Source: Eledone cirrhosa (Eukaryota). Taken from it: a stretch of DNA of 64,000 nt. Made by a program: the position numbers and the translations under genes. Where the stretch lies: assembly GCA_964016885.1 (NCBI GenBank), contig OZ024748.1:10292001-10356000 (forward strand), given 5' to 3'. The first letter of the stretch is position 1; the number at the start of each line of letters is the position of its first letter. Positions 13,353 through 23,612 of the stretch are shown in pieces. The notes under the pieces are model-generated. The model was not told the DNA's origin. It was given only the letters and a program-made list of their open reading frames with translations, and did not search any database.

Positions 13353-14678
13353 TCATTTGTGCAGATCCATGGCGTATTTCTGCGTCTGTTCTCGAATGCT
13401 TTTTTTCTGTATATCTATTAACTGCTGTATCTGCATTTGCAATTCCCCAAATTGTTCTCGCCCACCAGTGGCGTTTGAAGTGGAGGCAGTTGTAACGGAA
13501 GTGGGCAGAGGGTTTGATAATGCCTGAGAAGAGTGCAATGTAGACGGCCCACTTCCGTTAGATTCTAGATTGTGTCCAATTAGTTTTTCATTGTCCAGTC
13601 CTTGACAATAAGAGTTGTAGCGTAGTGATTGCGATGCAGACAGCTGTTGCTGTTGCTGCTGCTGCTGATGTTGTTGTTGTTGTTGTTTCGATCCACTTTT
13701 GTAAGGTGTCAGAGATGTATCACACATTTTTTGTCTTCTGGCAGAGTTCCTATATGTCAAATCAAACTGTACATCATTTGCAGTGCAAGATGGGTTTACA
13801 ATGGGGTAAGCATTATTGGGATTAAAATGTGACTTACTAGAAGTAGCTGAGCTCTGTAGCATCGGATCAATTCTGCTCGACACTGATTTCTGTAAATAGG
13901 GGTCCATATGCCCCTTTATATTAACCATGTGATTCACATCTTTCATACGTTCTAAGGAGGAATAGTCCACCTTACTATTGTGTACTTGTTTCATGCTAAC
14001 ATTTGCTGACCCCGTATGGTTATCAAGTTTTAATCGGTTTTGATTGCTCCACTTGCCAGGCACCTGGCCAGACCCGGGCAATTTAGCCTCACCATCACAC
14101 GGAGGAATGGGAGTTTTTATAGTTAGTTTCAGGGGTGCATTCTGATGAGGACGCACAATGTGTGAATGTCTATCAGACAATGACTTAGAAGAGGAGGAGG
14201 AAGAGGAGGAAGAAGAGGAAGAGGGATCTGCACGTGGCACAGAACTTTTGTGCATCTTTTTCCTTTGATCTAGTTTTAGATTGCTATTACTACTGCTACT
14301 CCCACCAGCTGCTACACCACCACCACCACCACTACTATTACTATTACTACTAACACTAGCTGAAACAGCAGCGGCGGCGGCAGCAGAAACAGTTGGGTGG
14401 TTTCCTGGAACACCACCAACAGCAGTAGAGTCCAATGGAAAACTAGATTTTTCAGACTGTGATAGTACTTTCACGGGAGTTTCCACCTTGAAGCGGACCT
14501 TCCTTTCTGAAGGCGAACAACCGATGTTCAAACGCTCCTTTGTAAAATCGCTTTCGGCAGACAGACCAGGACTGCTAGTCCCTGCAGTTGAGTTGGACGT
14601 TCCTGCTCGGATATCAAGGCGACTTTTCTTTTCAGGTGGTCCATCCTTGTCTTTATCGTCATCTTTGTCTCGACCAGA
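13353..14678 (-). CDS. CCNT: Cyclin T last coding exon (1326 nt incl. stop): disordered S/A/G/Q-rich C-terminal tail
   Basis: Part of the 461-aa ORF 13353..14738, entered at the TTTGCAG acceptor (14681-14679) in phase 0. Ends in tandem TGA TGA. A single long terminal exon is typical of cyclin T genes. Confidence 0.9.
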   Translation of the reverse strand, partial: SGRDKDDDKDKDGPPEKKSRLDIRAGTSNSTAGTSSPGLSAESDFTKERLNIGCSPSERKVRFKVETPVKVLSQSEKSSFPLDSTAVGGVPGNHPTVSAAAAAAVSASVSSNSNSSGGGGGVAAGGSSSSNSNLKLDQRKKMHKSSVPRADPSSSSSSSSSSSSKSLSDRHSHIVRPHQNAPLKLTIKTPIPPCDGEAKLPGSGQVPGKWSNQNRLKLDNHTGSANVSMKQVHNSKVDYSSLERMKDVNHMVNIKGHMDPYLQKSVSSRIDPMLQSSATSSKSHFNPNNAYPIVNPSCTANDVQFDLTYRNSARRQKMCDTSLTPYKSGSKQQQQQHQQQQQQQQLSASQSLRYNSYCQGLDNEKLIGHNLESNGSGPSTLHSSQALSNPLPTSVTTASTSNATGGREQFGELQMQIQQLIDIQKKSIREQTQKYAMDLHK

Positions 14679-15026
14679 CTGCAAATATATAGAAGGGCAG
14701 AAACTCAGAAGAGAGAAGTTTAAAATAAAACATGGCAACTATATCAAACAAATTCAACATCACCAAATCACACACATGCATGCACTCCTATCACACACAA
14801 TCACTCAGTCATTCTCTTTCTCTGTCTCATACATGCATTCATTAAGACACACACACAAACAAACACCAAGAAGTCAACCTTCAACTGAAAGCATGGGGGG
14901 AGGGGGTGCTTTAGTTCATTTATTTATTTAAACCGGAAGCTGGTAGGTAAAAAATTTCATATCATCAGATACAAATAACAGCACCAATGTCCACACACTG
15001 TGGGCAAGAGTGGAGTTCTTTAACCC

Positions 15027-15208
15027 ATAACCCTTTAGCATTTAAACCAGCCAGAATCCTCTTACCTCTCTCCGTTCAAACCAGCAGTAACTGGCCGCTT
15101 ATACTGATGTTACGGTATTGTTCGCAAATAAATAATATTAAAATCTCATAGGTTCAATATTACCATGAAAATACAATAGTAAATATAATGTAAATCGTAA
15201 AGGGTTAA
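15027..15208 (+). mobile_element. piggyBac-type MITE copy, intron 9
   Basis: Same family, with internal deletions. Confidence 0.8.
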
Positions 15209-15296
15209 CATCCTCTAATAATGTAGAGATGGTTCTGAATGCAAGGAGCAATTCAAATGTGGAGGAGGGGGAAGGGGCAATGGTATAAAACAAGGT

Positions 15297-15545
15297 TTAA
15301 TTCTTTAGCACATTAGCATTTATATTACTCTATATAAAATAATAATAATAATGAAATTAGTGTAAAGTGCTCAGGTGCATTACAACTCGTCAAAGGTGCA
15401 TGTATATATTTTCACGGTAAAGGTTTTATCTCACATAATATCAAATCTATGAGATTTTGATATTATTTATTTTGAGTAGAATACCTTAACATCAGTATGA
15501 GCAGCCTGCTACAGCCGGTTTAAACAAAAAGGGGTGAGAGAATTA
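15297..15545 (-). mobile_element. piggyBac-type MITE copy in opposite orientation, intron 9, interrupted by a short insert
   Basis: Reverse complement of the family body (ctatgagattttgatattatttatttt...accttaacatcagtatgag). Confidence 0.75.
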
Positions 15546-15662
15546 CAGCTGTTGGCTAATAAACAAAAACAACAACAGCAGCAACACTAATCAAGAGAGC
15601 CACAAGGTCACCACACTGCTGAGGAAATTCAATCAAAGGAAGTACATGTTTTTAATACATAC

Positions 15663-15736
15663 TCTCCAAGTCATGATTTTTTTCTTTAATCGAGTTGGAC
15701 ATCCATCAAGAACTTCTAGGAAATCGATGGTAAGCT
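15663..15736 (-). CDS. CCNT: Cyclin T coding exon 9 (74 nt), (E)LTIDFLEVLDGCPTRLKKKIMTWR
   Basis: Matches ELTxxFLxxLxxxPxRLKxxxxWR at the end of the cyclin domain. CTATCAG acceptor and GTATGT donor, phase 0. Confidence 0.95.
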
Positions 15737-16351
15737 CTGATAGAAAATATAAACAAAATAGACATTTTAAAACAAAACCAGATCAAGGTCAACATCATTA
15801 AATCCTTTATCATGATTATAGGAAATATAGACATTATTATTATTATTCATATCATGAAAGATGTGGCCTAACATACATGTGATGTAAATTTTGTATGACT
15901 GACTGACAGAAATGTCTGTATATACACACAAGTGTGCATATATATATATAGGTACCTTTATAAAACTATATTTTTATGTGTTTAATTAATGGCTCTTGAA
16001 GAACTGGTTTTGTTTCCTTCTCTAAGAATTTGTCTGAGTCCCACACAAATTCTAAAAAGGAAAAAGCACTAGTCCTGTAGGAGTCATTAATTTAACAAAT
16101 GAATATATATTATATATATATAGATATATTCAGTTTCAGCCAGAGATTGTGGCCATGCTGGGGCACTGTCGTATAAACACACATATACACAAACACACTT
16201 TATGGAATTTGGTTACAACTATATACTTATTGAAATAACCCTATATGAACATTTATATTAAAATGAAGTTTCATAATTATCTTTTACACTAAATATAGTT
16301 TTTAAATTTCATTTTTATTCTACAGAACAACCCTTGTTAGGAAGGAAAACA

Positions 16352-17460
16352 TGATGATGGTGGTGATGGTGTGGTTGTGGTGGTGATGGTGATGGTGGTG
16401 GTGGTGGTGATGGTGGTGATAGTGATGATGTTGGTGTGGTTGTGGTGGTGATGGTGATGTTGGTGTGGTTATGGTGGTGATAGTGATGATGTTGGTGTGG
16501 TTGTGGTGGTGATGATGTTGGTGATGGTGGTGATGATGTTGGTGTGGTTGTGGTGGTGATAGTGATGATGTTGGTGCGGTTGTGGTTGTGGTGGTGATGG
16601 TGATGGTGTGGTTGTGGTGGTGATTGTGGTGTAGTTATGGTGGTGATAGTGATGATGATGGTGTGGTTGTGGTGGTGATGGTGATGATGATGTGGTGGTG
16701 GTGGTGATGATAGTGATGATGTTGGTGTGGTTGTGGTGGTGATGGTGGTGATGGTGATGTTGGTGTGGTTGTGGTGGTGATGGTGATGTTGGTGTGGTTG
16801 TGGTGGTGATAGTGATGATGTTGGTGTGGTTGTGGTGGTGATGGTGGTGATGTTGGTGTGGTTGTGGTGGTGATAGTGATGATGTTGGTGTGGTTGTGGT
16901 GGTGATGGTGATGATGGTGATGATGTTGGTGTGGTTGTGGTGGTGATGTTGGTGTGGTTGTGGTGGTGATAGTGATGATGTTGGTGTGGTGGTGATGGTG
17001 ATGTTGGTGTGGTTGTGGTGGTGATAGTGATGATGTTGGTGTGGTTGTGGTGGTGATAGTGATGATGTTGGCGTGGTTGTGGTGGTGATAGTGATGATGT
17101 TGGTGTGGTTGTGGTGGTGATGGTGATGATGGTGTGGTGGTAGTGGTGATGGTGATGGTGGTGATGATGGTATGGTTATGGTGGTGATGGTGATGATGTT
17201 GGTGTGGTTGTGGTGGTGATGGTGATGATGTTGGTGTGGTTGTGGTGGTGATGGTGATGATGTTGGTGTGGTTGTGGTGGTGATGGTGGTGATGTTGGTG
17301 TGGTTGTGGTGGTGATGATGTTGGTGTGGTGATGGTGGTGATGTTGGTGTGGTTGTGGTGATGATGTTGGTGTGGTTGTGGTGGTGATGGTGGTGATGTT
17401 GGTGTGGTTGTGGTGGTGATGATGATGGTGGTGGTGGTGATGTGGTTGTGGTGATGATAG

Positions 17461-17494
<34 letters not shown>

Positions 17495-17524
17495 GATGTG
17501 GTTGTGGTGGTGATGATGATGATG
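16352..17524. repeat. About 1.17 kb compound (GGT/GAT)n repeat with recurring higher-order unit GATGTTGGTGTGGTTGTGGTGGTGAT(AGTGAT)
   Basis: Directly visible. Lies in intron 8. Confidence 0.97.
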
Positions 17525-18026
17525 AAATATAACTTAAGGGTTTAATTTCTGTACACTGAGCTTAATAAAATTATTTTGTTAAATTTGAATTTGTGTGAAA
17601 TTAAAAGATATTTACAAAGATACACTCTACAGAGGGATTATTATTATTATTATCAACAAAGGATTTCTAAGGAAGCATAAATAGCGAGTCATTTCTTTGA
17701 CATTGGCTTACTTACATCTTATTTAAGAGCAACTAATATCATAGCAGCCCCTTCAAACACCATCGTCTTGTTAGCTGCTCCTATGAAAATATTCCACATC
17801 TGAACAAGCTGACAGTTTACAATGGTGTGAAGGTGAGGCTATGATACTTGCTCAAGGCTTTTCTACGTTTGTTTTGTAATTTTCTACAAACCGGTTTGTT
17901 TTGTTTTGTATTTTTTGTTTGTTTGTTTATTTTTACATAGGAAGGTGTAGTAAAAGTCAGAATTTCAGATCCATCAGCTATATTTGTCTGTTGCGGGCTG
18001 GAGTGAAGACAAGACACAATGCTCAC

Positions 18027-18099
18027 CCTCAAGAAGTTCTGGAGTGACAGTCTTTTCAACGTATGAATACCAGGGTTTCCCTTCAGCAGATGACTGCAA
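18027..18099 (-). CDS. CCNT: Cyclin T coding exon 8 (73 nt), LQSSAEGKPWYSYVEKTVTPELLE
   Basis: Matches the cyclin T SxxGKxWxxYVxxTVTxELL segment. TTTTTCAG acceptor and GTGAGC donor. Confidence 0.93.
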
Positions 18100-18390
18100 C
18101 TGAAAAATAGAAGACATATAAATAAATATTTATATCATCATATAATAAAATTATATATATATATATATAATATAATATAATATAATATAATATAATATAA
18201 ATATATTTAGTTATGTATATAAATATATTTATTTATTTATCATTTGATAACTGTTCTTCTAAGCTGGTATGGCTGAGACTATATATATATGTGTGTGTTA
18301 AGTATTTCCATAGATAAGGTAAAGGAAAGAAGAGTTCTCTATGTATATTACAGAGCTATTTAATTACATAGTAAACAATACAATATAATT

Positions 18391-18462
18391 ATTCCATTAC
18401 CAAAGGTTTCAAGAAGCTAGACGATTCTTACAGAAACGTCTAGCCCATTCATCAGGTGAAAT
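18391..18462 (-). ncRNA. Type I hammerhead ribozyme-like motif (minimal stem III), sense strand of cyclin T intron 7
   Basis: Minus strand reads ATTTCAC-CTGATGA-atgg GCTAGACG t TTCT gta AGAA t CGTCTAGC ttctt-GAAA-CC ttt GG-TA-ATGGAAT. Both core boxes are intact, stems I-III can be drawn and the cleavage triplet is GUA. Confidence 0.65.
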
Positions 18463-18480
18463 ATACATTGAAATCTACAT

Positions 18481-18822
18481 TGTCATCATCATTTCATTTT
18501 ACGTCCGCTTTTTCCCTGCTTGCAAGGGTGGGACGGTAACTGATTTTGGCTTGATTTATACAGCTGGATGCCCTTCCTAATACCAACCTCATTTACAGTG
18601 AGTGCTGGGTGCTTTTTTGCCGTGGCACCTACACGACCACTTTGCAGTGGAATGATATGGACCCCAGTCCCTATCATCTCATTTCTACAGCTGAGTAAAC
18701 TGGAGCAATGTGAAATAAAGTGTCTTGCTCAAGGAAACAACACATCACCCAGTCTGAGAATTGAACTCACAACCTTTCGATTGCAAGGCTAATGCTCTAA
18801 CCACTAAGCCATGTGCCTCCAC
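18481..18822 (-). mobile_element. Young full-length tRNA-derived SINE (CORE-like centre, GGAAGGGCATCCAG block, (ATG)n tail)
   Basis: Near-identical reverse complement of 25080-25410 (compare the pseudo-ORFs 18568..18792 and 25093..25332). Pol III A and B boxes present. Confidence 0.88.
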
Positions 18823-19168
18823 TTTATAGAGAAAACCTGTGTGCTTTATTGTGACATAAGAATAAACTTTGATGTTGTGCACATATCACAATTTCCTCAG
18901 TCGGCCTGATTTGACAGCTAGTTTACACTCTACTAGTCTTGATTGGTTGGTGGTAATAAAGAGTCTCTATATTAATAAGGTTTTTAATATAAATTATAAA
19001 GGAATCTGTAGTACAATCAAGAGATACATAAGTTTAGTGCGATGGGAGAGAGTAAGTTCACTTTATTTTGCCCTAGATGGCCAACATGTAGACGTGTGCA
19101 TGCCTACACACACACACACATACTTGTAAGCATCCATAAAAGTATTTTGAAATAAAACTTCCACTTAC

Positions 19169-19259
19169 CTCCCAGTTACCCCACTTACTAGCAAGATGTA
19201 TACACACACAGGCAACTACAGTTGGTTTGTACATCAAGCACATAGTGGTTAAATGTAAA
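19169..19259 (-). CDS. CCNT: Cyclin T coding exon 7 (91 nt), (S)[30 protein letters not shown]
   Basis: Lies within ORF 19073..19267 and contains SLHLTT...[20 protein letters not shown] acceptor and GTAAGT donor. Confidence 0.96.
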
Positions 19260-19704
19260 CTGTACAAAATAAAAAAAGGAATTAAATATCTTAATTATGT
19301 TTTGGTGTTAATTGAGAACAATCTGTCAACAAAGGCAAATAAAAATTGAGAGAAATTATAACAATTTTTTTGGGGGGGAGGGTAAAATTTAATTTTTGTC
19401 AGTTTTGTAAAAAAGAAAGAAAAAATATGTACATGTGTTTTAAGGCCATTCCCCCCACCCCACTCTGCTAAAGCATGACAAGCTTTACACCCACCCCTGC
19501 TCATATTTCCTCCACCACCATAATAACACACATCTTTTGGTCTTCCTCTTACTCTACCTCCTTCCACATCTATCATCATGTGTTTATCATAGCTTTGGCA
19601 TGGCTTTACTGGCTGGACACTCTTCCTTAATACCAACCACTTCGCAGAATAGACTCGATCCATTTGACTGTGCAACATACACCGGAGATGTTGTCTGTTA
19701 GGAC

Positions 19705-19889
19705 TTAACCCTTTAGCATTTACATTACTTTATATATGCTATTATATTTTTGTGGTAAAGGCTTTATCTTATATTATTATCTCAAATAATATCGAATTTA
19801 TGAGATTTTGATGTTATTTATTTTGGGAACAATATCTTAACATCAGTATGAGTGGCCAGTTACGGCCAGTTTAAGTGGTAAAGGGTTAA
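19705..19889 (-). mobile_element. piggyBac-type MITE copy, intron 6
   Basis: TTAACCCTTTAGCATTTAC...GTAAAGGGTTAA. Another minus copy lies at about 21837-22005. Confidence 0.85.
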
Positions 19890-20214
19890 GTACACCCTCC
19901 CCAGGTTGACTTTGCTATGTATTACAAGGTCTTCATTTCTTCGTTTCCACCATTCCCCTCCCCACATCACTTTCATGCTTCTTCAACATATGATCAAAAA
20001 ACACAACAGTTAATTCTTTATCAACTTCCTCAAGGGTGAAGAAAAGGCTTTTTAGAATATAAAATACCATAGTAGTTGGTTACCACTCATAGCAGTTTCT
20101 CATGTAAGTAAATATAATCACCCTAAATTGTATCTGATATAGATTGGTTATGATTAAAACCATGTGATTGGCTCCTTCACAACAGTGATCAAGAAGATCA
20201 TTTTTAAAATACAC

Positions 20215-20333
20215 TGTTGAACTGATAACAGATGTGTTGAACCGATAACAGATGTGTTGAACCGATAACAGATGTGTTGAACCAATAACAGATATGTCAA
20301 ACTGATAACAGATGTATTGAACTGCAGTTGAAC
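20215..20333. repeat. 20-bp tandem repeat TGTTGAACCGATAACAGATG, about 5.5 copies
   Basis: Directly visible. Confidence 0.92.
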
Positions 20334-20699
20334 TAGTACAGTTAGGTCGAATCAAATGAGTGGGAGACCCAATCTGTTACTCAGTTTAATAACACCACCT
20401 GGCCCTTTGAGTATTTTTAATAAAGTCCACTGTGTTCTAGGTCTTCTGTTGGGGACTATCTTCCAGTCTCCCCCACCCACCTCCCACCAGTTTATGAGGC
20501 ACTGCTCTCATCACCCCGACTAAAACATATGTCAAGCAGATACAAATATATGTTGAACTGACACGATATAGTCCTAGGCTGACTACGTCTGAAAGAAATG
20601 AAATGTAAAGAAGAAAAAAAAAGAAGACAGGCTGGTCGCAACTGGAACAACTTTGATCAAAGATCTGCTGAATAATCAGAATTGCCCTGAGGAAATAAT

Positions 20700-20746
<47 letters not shown>

Positions 20747-20961
20747 CCTCACTCTCTTTAATATTTTTTGTTTCTCAATACTGGGATTGGCAGGATAGGT
20801 TTATCACTGTTAAGCTATAACTACTAGAGATCTCACTTTTCTTTATAACTTAGAAGCAGTGGAGGGGCAGTGTCCCTGTTGGCCACAACCCTACTACAGA
20901 AGGTTAACATCTGAAAGGGATGAAAAAGGTGAGATAAACTGATAAGAATAATAGAACATAC

Positions 20962-21007
20962 CTGTTTGTTGCAAGGAAGTAGGATGTCTGAGCAAGATCT
21001 TTACTGG
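20962..21007 (-). CDS. CCNT: Cyclin T coding exon 6 (46 nt), (A)SKDLAQTSYFLATN(S)
   Basis: Contains SKDLAQTSYF. TTTTCAG acceptor and GTATGT donor. Confidence 0.96.
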
Positions 21008-21239
21008 CTGAAAATTAAAAGTAGCAAAATGAATGTCCAACATGAACATCCAACAATTCAATAGAATTATTTTCTATTATCATGATTAATCATCACTTAT
21101 TGACAGTCTGAGTTCAAACCCAGCCGAGGTAGACTTTGCCTTTCATCTTTCTGGATTTGAGAAGCACCACCAATATAATTAACAATGCCCTTCCCAACAA
21201 ATTGCTGGTCATGTGTCTATATGGGGAAACCATTATTAT

Positions 21240-21430
21240 TAGGGCAGTGGATTGGCAGTATTGGTAGAGGGTCGGACGCCATGCTTTGCAGCATAGAGTT
21301 ACGGCCCTTTATGGTCTGCGTTCAAATCCCGCCGTGGTTAACTTTGTCTTTCATCCTTACGGGGTCGATAAAATAAAGTACCACTAATGCACTGGGATAA
21401 TAACCTTGTGCCAAAAGTAGAAACAATTAT
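21240..21430 (+). mobile_element. Second SINE family, full-length copy
   Basis: TTGGCAGTATTGG A box and GTTCAAATCC B box. Central domain CTTTCATCCTTACGGGGTCGATAAAATAAAGTACC and AGAAACAATTATT tail. Confidence 0.85.
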
Positions 21431-22106
21431 TATTATCATCATTGTGTCGTTACTGCATTACCGAGCACAGCTCGTGTGCCTGGGTATATGCAGTGTTGTC
21501 GTAATAAGTATGCAATGCCTAGTAGTGCTACTTACTGTATGCTGCATATATTTCTAAGTCCTTGCATGTTGGTGATGCACCTGCCTGTTTGTGTGAGAGA
21601 TTTTTTTTCATCATTCCCAGAGCACATAGGGATTGTTTCTGTTTTTATCAACCATTTTCAGGTTGTTCCTATCCCCAAATCTTTATATTTAGAATTTTTC
21701 CATTTCCTATAATTCATCATCATCATAGGAAGCTTAACTATTTGCTGGATACACAGGAAATTGAAGGAGCATAATAATGTTTATGTCCTGCAACTTAGCA
21801 GCTCAACATAATGATGGATAAAATAATTAGCAGACATTAACGCTTTACCATTTACATTACTCTATATTTATTATTGTATTTTTGTGGTAAAGGCTTTACT
21901 TCACATACTATCAAATCTATGAGATTTTAATGTTATTTATTTTGAGAAAAATACCTTGACATTAGTATGAATGGCTTTTTATGGCCAGTTTTAATTAATA
22001 AGTAGTGAGGGTTGATATGATTGGCTAAGAACCTCAATGGCAGTGCCCTAACATGGCCACAGCCAAATGACAAGCTATTTAAAGATTTATAAAATATAGG
22101 CAGTGT

Positions 22107-22247
22107 ACAGGGTGCGACAAAAGCCGTTCCTTATCATTTTTTAACTTCTACCGAACAAAGATAATTTTCTTTAACTACTGTAATTTATTTTTGTTTAATA
22201 AAAGTTAATAAATAAAAAAAGGGTGTTACTTTTGCTTCACCTTGTAC
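22107..22247. mobile_element. Tc1/mariner-like MITE
   Basis: TA|CAGGGTGCGACAAAAG ... CTTTTGCTTCACCTTG|TA imperfect terminal inverted repeats with TA target site. Confidence 0.6.
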
Positions 22248-22564
22248 TTTATTAAAAATATGATCATAACTAGGACTAAAACTAATTATATAATAAAAGA
22301 CTAATATATAGACTGTGTTTCATTAGAAATATGGTTGTGACTAGGTTAACTCGCTATTTAAATAGACCCACCCACATACCATAATCCTGTGGTGCTGTGC
22401 CAATGTAAGAAACCAATAGAGTGGACCATTATATACACAGTCCCATTAATATAACGAAGTGGGAGATGGGGACAGTGGAAGGTGGTGGTGGTGGGGGAAG
22501 TATGAGGAACAGAACAAAATATATAAATTGTTTTAAAAAAAAAAACCAAATCTGGTTTACTCAC

Positions 22565-22627
22565 CTCGCACCATCTGACAGGTTTTGACAACATGAGTGT
22601 GAGGATGATCAACAGTTAAATCAAATC
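22565..22627 (-). CDS. CCNT: Cyclin T coding exon 5 (63 nt), (G)FDLTVDHPHTHVVKTCQMVR
   Basis: Contains DHPHTHVVK. TTTCCAG acceptor and GTGAGT donor. Confidence 0.96.
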
Positions 22628-23286
22628 CTGGAAATAAAATAAATCAATAAGTTAATTTTAACCAAGCTTTAAAATAATATAGTCACATCACCATCCTCAT
22701 CAACAACCTAATATAACCATTGACCACAACACATTAATAACATTTGTAAATTATCTTTCAGTTGATCATATAAGACACTTCCATGATGATATATTTGAGA
22801 AGGCCAGGAGTTTGATTCCCGGCGGCATGTTGTGTAGGGTCAGCCATATCACACCGAATCTCCCTGAGAACTAAGTTAAGGGTACACGTGTTTGTGGAAT
22901 GCTCAGCCACTTGCACAGTAATTTCACGAGCAGGCTGTTCCATTGATCTTGATTAACTGGAACACTCGTTATCGTAACCGATGGAGTGTCTTCCAGAACT
23001 AAACTGCGGTCTGGTTTAATAGCAACACACTTAGCCATCCTTAGTAGAGGTCACTCTGTTGCAAGCATTCCAATCGTTGTTTCTGGGCTCAAGTTAACTA
23101 ATTATATTAACAAGGCGTTTCATGTTGCAGAGCCATAGTTTCATCTTCCAATTTCCTCATCCCTCTAATCTCACCTGTCTTCAGGTAGGGGCTATCAAAA
23201 GGTCATGGGTATTACCATTACTCAACTGACTAATTACATTATATATATATATATATATATTTTTATCTCTATATATAAATACATAT

Positions 23287-23505
23287 ACAGTGTGTTGGCT
23301 TTTTACGTAAAGATGCGTTCTTGAACGTGGCACGTAAAGCAAATTTGCTTAATTCAAGTCGTGTATCTCTGACGAATAAAATAAGAAATTAAAAACCACA
23401 AGTGTTATAACGCGTTATTCAAGCAAAGTGAATGTGTAATAATTTTTCAAGAAGTTTTAAAGCGAATTTGCGAACTTCAAGTTCGCGTAGAAAGTGAACA
23501 GATTA
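23287..23505. mobile_element. pogo/Tigger-like MITE candidate in intron 4
   Basis: TA-CAGTGTGTTGGCTTTTTACG ... CGCGTAGAAAGTGAACAGATTA imperfect inverted ends. CpG-rich relative to flanks. Confidence 0.4.
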
Positions 23506-23551
23506 TATATTCAAAACATCATACAGAAAGGGAGATAAATGATAAACGTAC

Positions 23552-23612
23552 CAAGAGTTTGTAGAAGTATATTCTCATTTCTCACCAATTCTGTTGTCAT
23601 CGTCAGGTAAGT
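23552..23612 (-). CDS. CCNT: Cyclin T coding exon 4 (61 nt), TYLTMTTELVRNENILLQTL(G)
   Basis: Contains ExxLLQTLG. TTTCTTTCAG acceptor and GTACGT donor. Confidence 0.95.

Noticed and set aside
14281-14931. 216-aa plus-strand ORF, and smaller ones at 13313-13832
   Set aside because: Antisense shadows of the low-complexity cyclin T last exon.
16352-17524. Possible His-rich cyclin T exon (CAC/CAT codons on the sense strand)
   Set aside because: Repeat units shift frame, I found no flanking splice sites, and exons 8 and 9 already join in phase.
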